A DNA stretch of 64,000 bases from Cenococcum geophilum (Eukaryota): the NCBI GenBank assembly GCA_050273025.1, contig CP158636.1, forward strand, positions 11,098,001 to 11,162,000. Reading direction: 5' to 3'. The notes below the pieces were generated by a model. That model did no database searches, was not told the DNA's origin, and saw only the letters and a list, made by a program, of their open reading frames with translations. Numbering within the stretch: position 1 is the first letter of the stretch; each line of letters opens with the position of its first letter. The position numbers and the translations under genes were made by a program. Below, in pieces: positions 12,753 to 24,314 of this stretch.

Positions 12753-14378
12753 TTATTCACCCTCAATGAAGACCAACGCGGGCACAAGGTTTAAGGATTG
12801 GTCCAAGTGACCGCCATGACCGTCACCCCATTTTCTAAGCCCTGGATTGACAATGAAGGCCACACGGCCCGTCTTGATATTTTCGCAACCTGAAATACCC
12901 ATCATGTCGGTTGTTTTCCTTGCGATGTATTCTTGATCTAACTTCGGGGCGATGATCTGAAGACGGCATCGCTGAAGACCTAGTTGAACTGCCAACTCGC
13001 AAGCCTTCCTAACAATTTTTTGGATTTTGGCGGGTTTGATGCCAGGGGCTACGGGAGTCAGAGCACCGATAAGAGCTTGCTCGATGTGAATCTTGGCATT
13101 CTGATGGCTTGAATCAACTACTACATCGATTTCTTGATTGTCGCCTTCTTCCCACTCGTGGCTAGCTGGCTGTTCCCCTACCACTTTGATCTGTAGTTGC
13201 TCGATAGTAACGTATCTCCACTTCTCACACAGTGGTGAAGGAGGTGGCCATGAGGGTTCGACGTAATCTTTGGATTGCATCAACCCAGCCCCTTGGTAAT
13301 GGAGTCAGCAAATAATACCTATTAAGGTTTAGAACGCCGACTTACTCATGAATAGCTTCTTCCACTCAGTGGTAAATAGATCAGCATATTCCCCGAATAC
13401 GTAAAAAGGTGTCGAGAAGATTGTATCCATGAGGATTGACCAAATAGCTGCCTCTAAAAGGCATTTTCTGTGAAGCCTATCTTTCCAGTAAGACAGTGAA
13501 ACACCGTCAATCAATGTGTAATGTGCGAATTCCGTTGCAAGCTTATTGCAGTCAGCGCTGCTAGGAACATCGCGGGTGATAACTTTGATTGCAGAGGCCA
13601 GGCTTTCGAAATTGCTAATGAGCTCATCATCTTGAGTAGGACGGAATCTTTCCACGTTTGACAGTAAGCTTTTCTGAAGCACTTCCAGATTGTGCTCAAG
13701 TTTACTGGTTTCGGTGACAAGCTCCAAATTCCTTCTGTCCCTGTCTGCTAAGTCTTGAAGTATTTCGTCAATAATCCTATCCATTGCCAAATACTTCCCG
13801 CGAGGACGTGGCTCCATACGCTGCTCATCCTCTGGATATTTCTTGAAGTAAAAGTCCTGAAGAAGTTTTGATTGGATCCTGTCCAGCTTATCCCTGCACT
13901 CGTTCCTCTCGTTGCGTAACCTGTGGTTCTCGGCAATATAAATATCCTGATTGGCATTAAGAACGTGTATTTGATCCTGACACTTATAGATCTCCTGTCT
14001 CAAGCCCGCATCTCGCTGTTGTCTCTCTCCACCTTCCTCTCCCCCAATAGTTCTTATGCCATTTGCTTCTTTAGCAGCCACGTCTGTATGAGCGGGGTCC
14101 TCGCTATTTGGAGTCTCCTGGTGGGATCCCTCGGTCTGAGAATCACCATCATCATCTCCTTGGTGCCTGGACTCACCATCGGGGTGCTGCTCCCACGGAT
14201 GGGGTATCTGCGGATGGGAATTTTCCGTCATTTCACTCTCACTGGACTGGCGCGGCTTGTGCTCGACAAATCTGGGCTGAGGCCTCGGCCCAAGTATTGA
14301 GCTGACCTTCCATACTGTTAGCGGCTGAGCGATTGATGAGAAATAATATAACCTCACTGTTATGCCTAGCTGATACAT
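12753..14378 (-). CDS. Coiled-coil protein with C-terminal PGLxKxG...LVPALV motif (putative GrpE/Mieap-like domain)
   Basis: ORFs 13329..14441 and 12753..13283 join via a GTAAGT..AAG intron (~13345-13292). The probable ATG is at 14378 with a short first intron. Layout is acidic disordered N-terminus, heptad coiled coils, helical middle and beta-rich C-terminus. Confidence 0.75.
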
Positions 14379-15767
14379 TCGCAATAACCAGAGTAACTTG
14401 GTGGAGCCTTGCTGACCACTGTCACATTTAAAAATCAACACAAAATCGGCAGTAAATGCTAGGAATCAAAGAAGGAGATTCATTCGCAAGCCCAAAGGCT
14501 TGCCGGTATGACGGTTATGGGGATTTGTAGTAGAAGAGATTATGAGGTTCGTGGATAGGGAGAGATCGAAGCGGGGAGAAAGAAGGGCTTCGGTGGTGCC
14601 CCGCGGCTACCGATCAAATCTATTGGCATGCATGAGGTTCAGCTAGTTACCAGCTGCAGAAAAATGAGAGTTGGTCCACAAGGCTGGTATGAATTCAATC
14701 CATGCTGGTGAGCCTGATGTGCGGGCCAGAACGCCTCCCGTGTTTCTCTTTTTCAGGGCGAAATGCCCTCATGCATGAGCTCTCACATGTGGGCGCTGGA
14801 TGTAGAAAAGCCAACCGAGTGGCTTTGAGCGTCGTGCCTGATCTCATGATAAGAATGAGGCTCTTCTCAAGGTGTCTAATTTGAGAACAGCCACAGCGAC
14901 TAAGCCCCCATGTTTTAACACTACTATATCACCACGGAATGGAAATAAAATATAATAAAATATTCCAAATCTATAGGTAATAATTAAGGCTTAATTAACT
15001 TTTGAAATTGCTCTTATTTATTGTGGTTGAGATATTTTAGTAAGTTGGCTTGCGCACGGTCTGTGCAATGCAGTACCCTAAGCTTGCATAACCACTGAAG
15101 CGTGAGCTCTCACACCTGCATCGTGGACGAGACCCGCGGAACGTATGAGCCAATAGAATCATTCAAATGATACTCTCTGGTGATGGTTGGTGGAAAGCTG
15201 CATGGTGTAAGTCGACGCAGCAAGGCTTGATAAAACCAACCCCACGCACCTATCCTATATTGAAGAAATATTCACGGTATCTCCAAGCCACAATATTTTG
15301 GAAGTAACAGCAAGAAGATTGGAGGCTGTGAATGCTGCAAATGTGCCGATGAAGCCAGTCGAAGTCGACGGATTAGGGGTGACATATTCCTTGTCGTCCG
15401 GCTAGAACCAAGCCATGGGGTGAGGGGACTGCTCCCTCGACTGCAGGTGGACGACTCGCCAAATGTGCCAAGCGCCTAAGCTTGAACCGAGCTGTGCAGG
15501 CATGCGAGCAGAAAGTCGTGGCCATGTCCGTCTCAGCTGGCCGACTACTTTCCGCTTTTCAAAAGCCCGGCGTTTATTGGACTCTTGGAGGTTACAGGTC
15601 CGGGGATTCTTATTGCCCCTCATGACCTAGCCTTGCCATCCAAGAGGTCTTGGACTCTCTTCGTTACTTTCTTGCTGTTCTTCTCATATGAATGAACTTT
15701 CACACACCGAATTTCTCTTGCCCTCCACGCCTTGATATCCAAGTTTTCTTGATTAGGATTGTTCGAT

Positions 15768-17910
15768 ATGCCAGGAAATCGCCTTGTTATAGGTACGAAA
15801 GCCTCGCTTCATAGCTCTTCCTTGATCCTTGTCTAATACGCTGTAGGCCTTGATTATGGCACCACATTTACAGGTATGCTCTTACTTCCACTATATCCAA
15901 TCGTGAGGCTAATCTTGACAGGCGTCGCCTTCTGCGAAGCTACGAGCGACAACACGCCCATCGACAACATCCAAGTCGTCCACGACTGGCCCGGCCACCA
16001 CGGCCAGCTGGGTACAAAAGAGAAGGTACCCAGCGAGATATCATACTCGGCTTCATCTAGTGGAAAAGTTCTATGGGGCTCCTTAATCCCACCACAAGCC
16101 CACCGTCAGGTCTGGACAAAGCTCGAGCTAGATGAGCAGAAGAGAGGGGACGAGTTGAAGATGTTGCTCGAACTATTGACTGGCATTGGAAACATGGACC
16201 TTACACGCTTTGCAGATAGAGGAGGGCCACCCGCATATCCGGGCAAAGACCCTGTCGACATTGTGGCCGACTATCTCTCGCACGTCAAGGGTCAGCTCAT
16301 CAAAAATTTAGAAAAAGCTTACGAAGGTGTCTACCTGACGATGCCGATTGATCTTGTTATTACTGTTCCGGCTGTTTGGTCCGACAGGGCCAAGGATCGT
16401 ACGTTTCGTGCTGTCGCAAAGGCTGGATTTGACGAGAAGTCGTTCCCAAATCTTAGAGAAACGATTATGGTCACGGAACCCGAAGCCGCAGCCATATATG
16501 TGTTAAAAACAATGAAAGGAGGCAAACAAGGCGAGGATGTCGCCATAGGGGACTGCTTTGTCCTTTGCGATGCTGGTGGTGGTACTGTGGATCTAATCTC
16601 CTACAGGGTCAAAACTATCCACCCTACGTTTCAAATCGAAGAAGCTGCGATTGGCACCGGAGAAAAATGCGGAGGTAGCTTTGTAGACCGGAACTTCACG
16701 AAGTGGCTGGAGAAGAAAATTGGAACAGCAGACTACAAAAAAATCGCCGATAATCCAGCCGGCGAGCGAGACCAGCATATGCTTGAGCCAAAATTGGGTA
16801 GACTTATGCAAGCATTTTTAACCGCAAAGACCAGCTTCGGCAGCGAAGAGGACGAGGAGCACATTCTTCCTTTGCCTTCACCACTGAACGCTATAGATGA
16901 TCCAAGTCGGGGGATCGACTGCGGTGAAATCCGCGTTACATCGTAAGTCAATTGCCATTTCAGGTTTACCTAGTTGCTTATTCATAAGATAGTGATGATC
17001 TGAAGGAAATGTTCGATCCCTGTGTGGAGAAAACTTGCAATTTGATTGCAGGACAGATTGATCAAGTGCAGCGGACGGGCTCACAAGTGAAGGTTAGTCA
17101 TCCCATAAAGCATGTGTAGCTTGGTTGACACGAAATAGTATGTCTTTTTGGTGGGAGGCTTCGGTAAATCGCCCTATATGTTTGATAGAGTTCGACAATT
17201 TGCCAGAACTAGAGGAATCAGCACAATACAACCTACCATGGCGTAAGTCTCACCTGATTAACTCTAATCTACCCACCCCCTGGTTGCTAATGGGACCTAT
17301 TTAAAATTATAGCTGGAGCGCTGTTGTCCGAGGGGCTGTAGCAAGAGGACTTGAATCAGGGGGGTCAGATCTCATATACCTTCGAAAGTGCCGGAGACAC
17401 TACGGTACTCCAGCTTCGGAGCCATTCTCTGCCTTCAAGCACACCGAAGAGGATGCATATATCGACGAACATGATGGCGAAAAGTATGCCAAAGGACAGA
17501 TGAGCTGGCTGATCAAGAAAGGCGACCCGCTGTTGTCATCACAGGCTCGTCATGCTGAAATAGAACTCTACCGAACATTTGATGCCACCGACAGCAGAGT
17601 TTTCAAAGCTAGACTGGTGGCTTGCGATGCGGATGTCGCTCCCAGGCGTTATGCAGACGATGTAAGCTGTCCTTCTAAAAACTTCAATTTACCGCTGACT
17701 CTTTCGCAGTCTGCCTACAATGTCACCATTCTCTCGGCAGACTTGAGCTCCGTACCCGAAAGCAAATTCCAGGTAGCACGAAGTGGGCCACAGGGGAAAC
17801 CATATTTTATTGCCAATTTCAAGATCAACATTTCCTTAACTTCCAATTTGAAGTTCTGGTTGACATTTAACGGGCAAGAGTATGGTTCGGTTACTACTCA
17901 CTATGATTAG
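15768..17910 (+). CDS. Atypical Hsp70-family (HSPA12-like) actin-fold ATPase, multi-exon
   Basis: Spliced start MPGNRLVIG|LDYGTTFTG (introns 15793-15846, 15874-15921). Motifs TVPAVWS, EPEAAA, CDAGGGTVDLISY, VFLVGGFGKSPY and WSAVVRGA are present. There is no canonical helical lid or EEVD; the protein ends EYGSVTTHYD*. Confidence 0.92.
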
Positions 17911-19278
17911 AGAATAATATCTTTAGAGCTTCTGCATTGCCTTATCCTATTATTTTAAGCTCAAGTTTGGTTGATTAAGTATAATTTATCCCTTGACACG
18001 GCACTTGGCCCCGTGCTCACCAATCAAATAGGCTCAATTCGGTGATTTCATAGTATATTGATATATAAGCTTAATCTTTGGAGTTAAGTCGCTCAACACG
18101 AGGTAGTACGCCTAGGTCTCTTCCAATCCTTACTATCTAGAGGCTTCCTTAGAGTATTCGGCGATAGATATGAGGGCTTAGGGCAGGGTTTTTTCGCGAT
18201 TCAATCTGGAGGAGCGTTATATTGAGTCTTCTGAACAAGGTCTGCATCAATTCTAGTACGATTGGAAGGCATGGTGGTGTAATTAATGATTCTATGTAGA
18301 TACGTGTAGTCTCAAAAACAGTGTTTGCGCACAGACCACCTTCTCGTTGGACGCTGCCGTGTCAAGGGATAAGGAGCACCATGAAAAGTTCATTAGGGAA
18401 CGGGATCTTAGTTTCCAAAGCATATCTCGGTTCAAGATCTTAGACACTGTGCCTATTAGGCCGCATTTGAGCCATTGGCCAGCCCGAAGCAGCGGCTGCA
18501 GGGTCATTTGCCTGTTGATATCCAAGCGCTTGAACCAGGCTTGATACGAGCCAATGGGTGATACGATATGAAATTCTTGAGAATCCTCGGCCAGATTTAC
18601 CCTTTGTTCAAGCCTCCACCGAATTGACTTTGAGTATGATTTTGGCTAGTGGAAAAGCGCTAATAAGGCAAGTTCCGCAAAACTGAGCACGGGGAGCGCA
18701 GAAACTCGTGAGCGGCAAGGCAGACTCAGCCTCGTGTCCTTAAGTTGATGAGGGAAGGCGTCTGGAACATCCCAAAATGGGGGGTTCGACGCCACAAACA
18801 TGCCAAGGGTGATTAAAGGTTTGGTGGGCTTATTGGTTGAAGAAATCTCCTGTACCTGTCACGACCTTGGCGTCCGGCCCATGCAAGGGCTGCTTCCTGC
18901 CGAGGACTCCATACAGCAGGGACCGAGGCCCAACTCTGAGGGGGTTGTAGAGTACGCGTGCTTTGTCGCTTCGCAATCCACAACGCATCATAGATCACAA
19001 CACTCTCAATTCCTCAACCTGGTACAAGCTTCATTCTTTCGCGGGGTACCAGGGTCGCCATTCACTTCTTCATGGAAGATATAACAACCATTTTTTTGAT
19101 ATGAGCGCGTAAGTGATGGAAGAATCATCAGGAAGCTTTGTATAGCTATTTCTAAGGGCGTCTCAGGCTGGGATCTGTCGCGCAGATTTGGCCATCGTCC
19201 CATTCATTGCCCGGGATCGGCGTGTGATCTCTTTCGTCTATCACTGTGGTCTCCTAGGGAGGAGACTATATCCAGAAC

Positions 19279-20445
19279 ATGGCCTTAAAACGATCTCCGG
19301 AGAGTGAGCTAGGCGGATGGCACCTGAAATCAGTTTCGACAAATGGCACAATCAACGAAACCGTGGTCGAAGACAATATGACAAGAGAGTTCGTGGGGAG
19401 CGTCCCGCTAGTCTCGTTCATTTACCTCATAATGTCCTGCATCATCATCGTCCTGCTCTTCCTTCACGCTGTACGATGGCTTAAAGCTTTCTCCAGGCGG
19501 AGTCAGATACGCTCTCCGCTCTCCATGCCGCCCAGATACTTACCCTCTCGCGAGTTCGAGGAGCGACTAGACCGGTTCTACCAAAATGATACCCTGCCAC
19601 CACAGCAAGCTGCGCAGAGCTCGCAGTCGATCCCTGATAGCGCATTCGGTCCAAAGCGAGGCCCTATTCTCATCCGTTCACTCAGCAGCTTGTCGCAAAA
19701 AATGTTCCCAGGAAAGGAAAAGCAAGGAACAGACATGGAGATGCAAGAGAACCCGGCTGCACCAACACCTGGCTTACGCCAGCCCGCAAACCCGTTGCGT
19801 CCGGTTACAATACCTCAGCAACCGGACCTAATATCTGTACAACCTAGCCCTTATACATACCCGGCACCACACTATCCTCCACTTGTTTTACAACCGGCTC
19901 CTCAACCTCAACAGGCTCCGCAGCGTGGGAGTCCAGCTTGCGATAATTCTTGGGGTCCGAATAATCCATTCGCACCATACGCTATCCCACATGATCCAGG
20001 CTTCGGTCCTGTCCCAGTGCCAGTCGCGGGTTACTATCCTGATGAGACGCCCACTCCAGTACCAGTACCAGTACCAGTCAGCGCACCAAAGAATGGCAAT
20101 GAGCATTCCACTGGGTTCGGCAGGAAAGATGGATACCAGCTTTTCAAACGGAGAGCGGCGCTGAAGCCTGACGCCGAAGTAACGTCCAGCGACATCCATG
20201 AATGTAGGGATTTGGTACGCGCGAGGTACGCGATTGGACATACGATTAGGAGTATCCAGGCTGGCCAAACAACTGCGGGAGAAGTAGGCTTGAGGTTGCC
20301 AGACTTAAGAAATCGTGCAGAGTTCGTGCTGTACGAGGTCAGGAGGATACTGGGAGAGTGGTCTGCGATTAGGTCGCAATGGAACGAGGTAGAATGGAGT
20401 TTATTGGAAAAGATCCAGCGAAAGCTGGTCGTGCTTGAAATTTAA
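19279..20445 (+). CDS. Single-TM, proline-rich protein with C-terminal helical domain, function unknown
   Basis: 388-aa intronless ORF with TM segment VPLVSFIYLIMSCIIIVLLFLHAV, a P/Q-rich linker including PVPVPVPV (ccagta microsatellite) and an amphipathic C-terminal ~85 aa (DIHECRDLVRARYAI..W..EWSLLEKIQRKL). Confidence 0.75.
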   Translation: MALKRSPESELGGWHLKSVSTNGTINETVVEDNMTREFVGSVPLVSFIYLIMSCIIIVLLFLHAVRWLKAFSRRSQIRSPLSMPPRYLPSREFEERLDRFYQNDTLPPQQAAQSSQSIPDSAFGPKRGPILIRSLSSLSQKMFPGKEKQGTDMEMQENPAAPTPGLRQPANPLRPVTIPQQPDLISVQPSPYTYPAPHYPPLVLQPAPQPQQAPQRGSPACDNSWGPNNPFAPYAIPHDPGFGPVPVPVAGYYPDETPTPVPVPVPVSAPKNGNEHSTGFGRKDGYQLFKRRAALKPDAEVTSSDIHECRDLVRARYAIGHTIRSIQAGQTTAGEVGLRLPDLRNRAEFVLYEVRRILGEWSAIRSQWNEVEWSLLEKIQRKLVVLEI

Positions 20446-21705
20446 GAGTGATTTATGATATCCGCTTCTTTTTGACTGTTCTTATTGTATCATCTTCGGC
20501 AATCTGTATTCTCAACAAGACTTAGCAAGCATTCATAGCCCGGCGCGTAGGTGTTTTTCCTTCCTGTAGCAATAATGGTTACGTCCCAGCGAGCTTTGTT
20601 CTCAACAATTGTCAAGTCAACTGTCTTCTCTTTTATTGCTTTCCCGCTTACGAGGGTTTGATAAGCCGATACGAGGCTACAGTTCGCCGGAGTGGGACGC
20701 GAAGTGAGTACGGTTCAACACTCTGATCCTCGCCTGAGGATTCAGGGATTAGGTAATCTAGGCAAATATTTTGGATCGGGATTGAAAATCGGTTTATGCA
20801 GGGTATAATTCTATTGGCTGATACAAGCTTTTCGGGACTTGTAGAGCAAGGTACATAAAGGAACTTGTATATATTCGAGATTAAGCCGGGGTTTTTATCG
20901 ATTTTACTGCAATTGTCGTAGGCTACTGTAGACTGACCGAGGATATCCATGGAGGTTTGAGCAAGAAGGGTTAATCGACAAAAGTGGAGCTATCGGCGCC
21001 TCGATAGTATGAAGATGCTACCTTGCACACGATGACCGGTGAACAGTCTAGCGCTGTTGAAATAGGACGTGAATAGACCAAGTGCCAAGTTTTGAATTGT
21101 AGGAGATGTCCATATTTTAACCCTTAGATACGAGCTTCCCTAAGGTATCCGTAAACCTTGACGAATTGGATCTGAAAGCGCTCCCACGGACAATAGGGGA
21201 TGGCTTTAGAAATCTAAAAGGATAAAAGGTCAGTGTGCGACGGAGCCGCCCAAAACGGGTGGCTGACACGCTTCCGCCCAGCGCTGTCATGTTTCTTAAG
21301 CGGATGGGGCATCTTGAAACAACCACCTACGAACATCTCACCTTCCCCTTTCTGATTCTGATACACTAAACACCGCCTGAGGCTGAGAAAAAGGTGTTTG
21401 TACCCCTGGCATCCGACGACAGCCGCCAATCATGGGTTTTTGTTTAATGGATTCCTCTAGTGGTGCAACAATAGCTACCCCTCAGTGGGACTGGGGAGAA
21501 ACAAACCGCGCCCAAAGCCCTTGTTCAATCCACAAGACAATTACTGCACACCCATTGTTATCCCCTACATAATTTACTTAATCGCGCTAGATGGGTGAAG
21601 GAATGTATCCGTAGCTGCCCCATTTACTTTATCACCGGCCTCTCTCGCCCATCATGTCTTCCTCCGTAACTCTCTCCTACCGTTATACCGCGACACTGTT
21701 CCACA

Positions 21706-23207
21706 ATGAAATTCGACTGGCGGATGACAGCGCTTGCTGTCTCAGCAACTCTCCCCTTTGCCTCCTGTATATCGCTGAACGTGAATGATGAAGGTACGAC
21801 TACACCCTCAGACTTAAATCTTAGGGGTTGGTACTGACAGCTTGTTAGCATCTATTCGCAATGCTGCCGCGACATATGCGTATAACATGATGACATACTA
21901 CACCAACAACCAAACTGATACACCGGCTACGAAAATAGGGAACCTACCCGCACCATACTACTGGTGGGAGGCAGGCGCTGTATGGGGAGGCTTAGTTGAC
22001 TATTGGGCATACACCAACGACTCGAGCTACGTCAATACCACCATACAGGCGCTGATTGCCAATTTTGGACCAAATGCGGATCTTATGGTTCCTGCGCACC
22101 GAGGAGATGAGGTATGCCAAATAAGAACTTGTACCATTATTATAAATAGTGGAGCTAATGTGTTTCTAGGGAAATGATGATCAAGCCTTCTGGGCCCTCG
22201 CACTCATGTCCGCACTCGAATATGAATACCCCAGCCCGCCCCAGAATCAACCACAATATCTTGACGTGGCAAAAGCCGCCTTTGACAGCATGGCTGCACG
22301 CTGGGATCTTACCTCCTGCAATGGCGGCCTAAAATGGCAAATATTCCCAGAAAATTCATACGGATACGACTACAAAAACAGCATTTCAAATGGAGGATTC
22401 TTTGCGCTTGCTGCGCGTCTGGCTCGCTACACTGGAAACCAAACATACGTGGATTGGGCAGAAAAGACATGGGACTGGTGTGAGCGAATTGGTTTAATCA
22501 GCAGTATTTACGAAGTCTTTGATGGCTCTGACGATACTCTCAACTGCTCACAAATCAATCATATGCAATGGAGCTATGGAGTGGGCATCTTCCTTCATGG
22601 AACAGCGACACTTTACAACTACACCAATGGATCCTCGCTATGGCAGAAACGAACGTCCGGACTGCTCGATAGAAGCGCTGTGTTCTTCTCACCCTACCCT
22701 AACGCCACCGATGTTATGTTTGAAGCTGCGTGCGAGACTGTCGGTACCTGCAATACCGATCAGCAAAGTTTCAAAGCTTACCTTGCGCGCTTTCTCGCGA
22801 AGACTGCAGTCTTGGCTCCTTATACAGCAGCCTCAATCAACACACTCCTCAGCAAATCAGCGGCTGCAGCTGCGACATCCTGTTCGGGTGGCAAAGACAG
22901 CGTGACTTGCGGCAGTAAGTGGTACACGGGCGCGTGGGACGGCAGCAGCGGCATCGGACAGCAGCTTAGCGCCCTCGAAGTTACTCAGGCCCTCCTGGTC
23001 GCAAACGCTGGTGCTCCAGGCACACTGGCGAATGCTCATCTTGCCAAATCTACTGCCATTACCACCATCAACCTCCCAGCGAGGTCTATAACTGCAGAAC
23101 TCCAAACGCCGAACACGACACCGAATATAGCACCAGGTGTGGTGAGCACTGGAAGTAGGCTCTTGGCTAGCGCCGCATTTGGTGCTGTTCTTGCAGGACT
23201 CTGGTAG
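21706..23207 (+). CDS. GH76 alpha-1,6-mannanase (Dcw1/Dfg5-like), secreted and probably GPI-anchored
   Basis: Signal peptide MKFDWRMTALAVSATLPFASC, PYYWWEAGAVWG, catalytic GNDDQAFW across intron 2, CNGGLKWQIF, YKNSISNG, SFKAYLARF and a hydrophobic C-terminus. Confidence 0.93.
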
Positions 23208-24314
23208 TCGGAACTGGACTGGTTCCATATCTCACGATAGGTGTTCAAAAGTTTTTTTTTCATTACTGACTGCCTTTATCAACGACCGCAAAGCAGGCGG
23301 TCACCCCCGTTAATGTACATATAGCATCTGTGGCGTTGGAGGGCTATTATGGAATAACATGGGACAGCATAGCGCGGAGTCAGCAATTGGTGTTAGATGT
23401 AAAATATACAGACTTTGGGTGCTTTTGAATCTCTTCTAATAGAACAGATACTCTATACAATAACTATTGCGTGGTTGCTTGTGAAGCTATGCTCAACAAA
23501 CACCCGTTTTACATAGAGAGCCGCGAACGGCTCAACGGTTTTGGCTTGTGATACTGGCAGGGCTTGACAATCTTATCCGGTTACGTCGACGCACATTTCC
23601 TCCGTTCTTGGCTACATATTGTTACATATTTGTCTAACTTCAGGAGTAACTGGCGAAGTGACTGACGCCTTTTGCGCGACGCCTTCTGTCCTGAATCTCG
23701 TCCTTCTTTCTTGGTTGAAGGTGGCTCATGAGGGGTTGCCACCGAGGGCACGATGATGGCGTTCTGCTGTCGCTTGGTCCAATCAATGGAAGGTTCCCCC
23801 AGCTTCTCCACCCCCCGCTCTAACAGTAATGCTTCTCTTGCATCGTTGAGCGCCGTCTTCCGGTGGGACCGCTACTCCTTCCACATACCTGAGCTCCTCT
23901 GTTACTTTGTTGAGCATCAGATATCCACCAGGCTTACCTTAAACCAACTTCTTCCCGCTGTACCTCTTTAACTCACCGAAACTAGGTTTTTATCGTGATA
24001 AAACCACCAAGCCAGCGCCGCGTACCTCAAAAACTTAATATTCATACCATTCCCTGATCACCAGACATCACGGAGCTACCATACACAACCAAACCTTCAA
24101 ACTCCGCTCCGGTGAGTTCCAGTAGCTTCGTGGCGCTCAAGCTTTCAATTGTCGTTCCGGTCAGAGTGTTCCTAACTTTACGCGTCCAGGCAGGAATACA
24201 ATACGAATAGTCCGACTGAGGACACATACCCCGATAATCCAACCAGCAGACCTCCCAACCACCTTACCGCACATTATATTGAAGCACGGCAGCTAAAACG
24301 CGTCCATCGGCGGA

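Noticed and set aside
18775..18800. GGTTCGA tRNA T-loop-like motif
   Set aside because: Flanks do not form a T-stem or cloverleaf.
18240..19203. Several short ORFs between the Hsp70-like gene and the 388-aa gene
   Set aside because: No coherent spliced model or recognisable motif could be built; a decayed gene cannot be excluded.
1..20445. Starship giant transposon call
   Set aside because: No DUF3435 captain or element terminus is visible in this window; kept only as a hypothesis for the Blm10 duplication.
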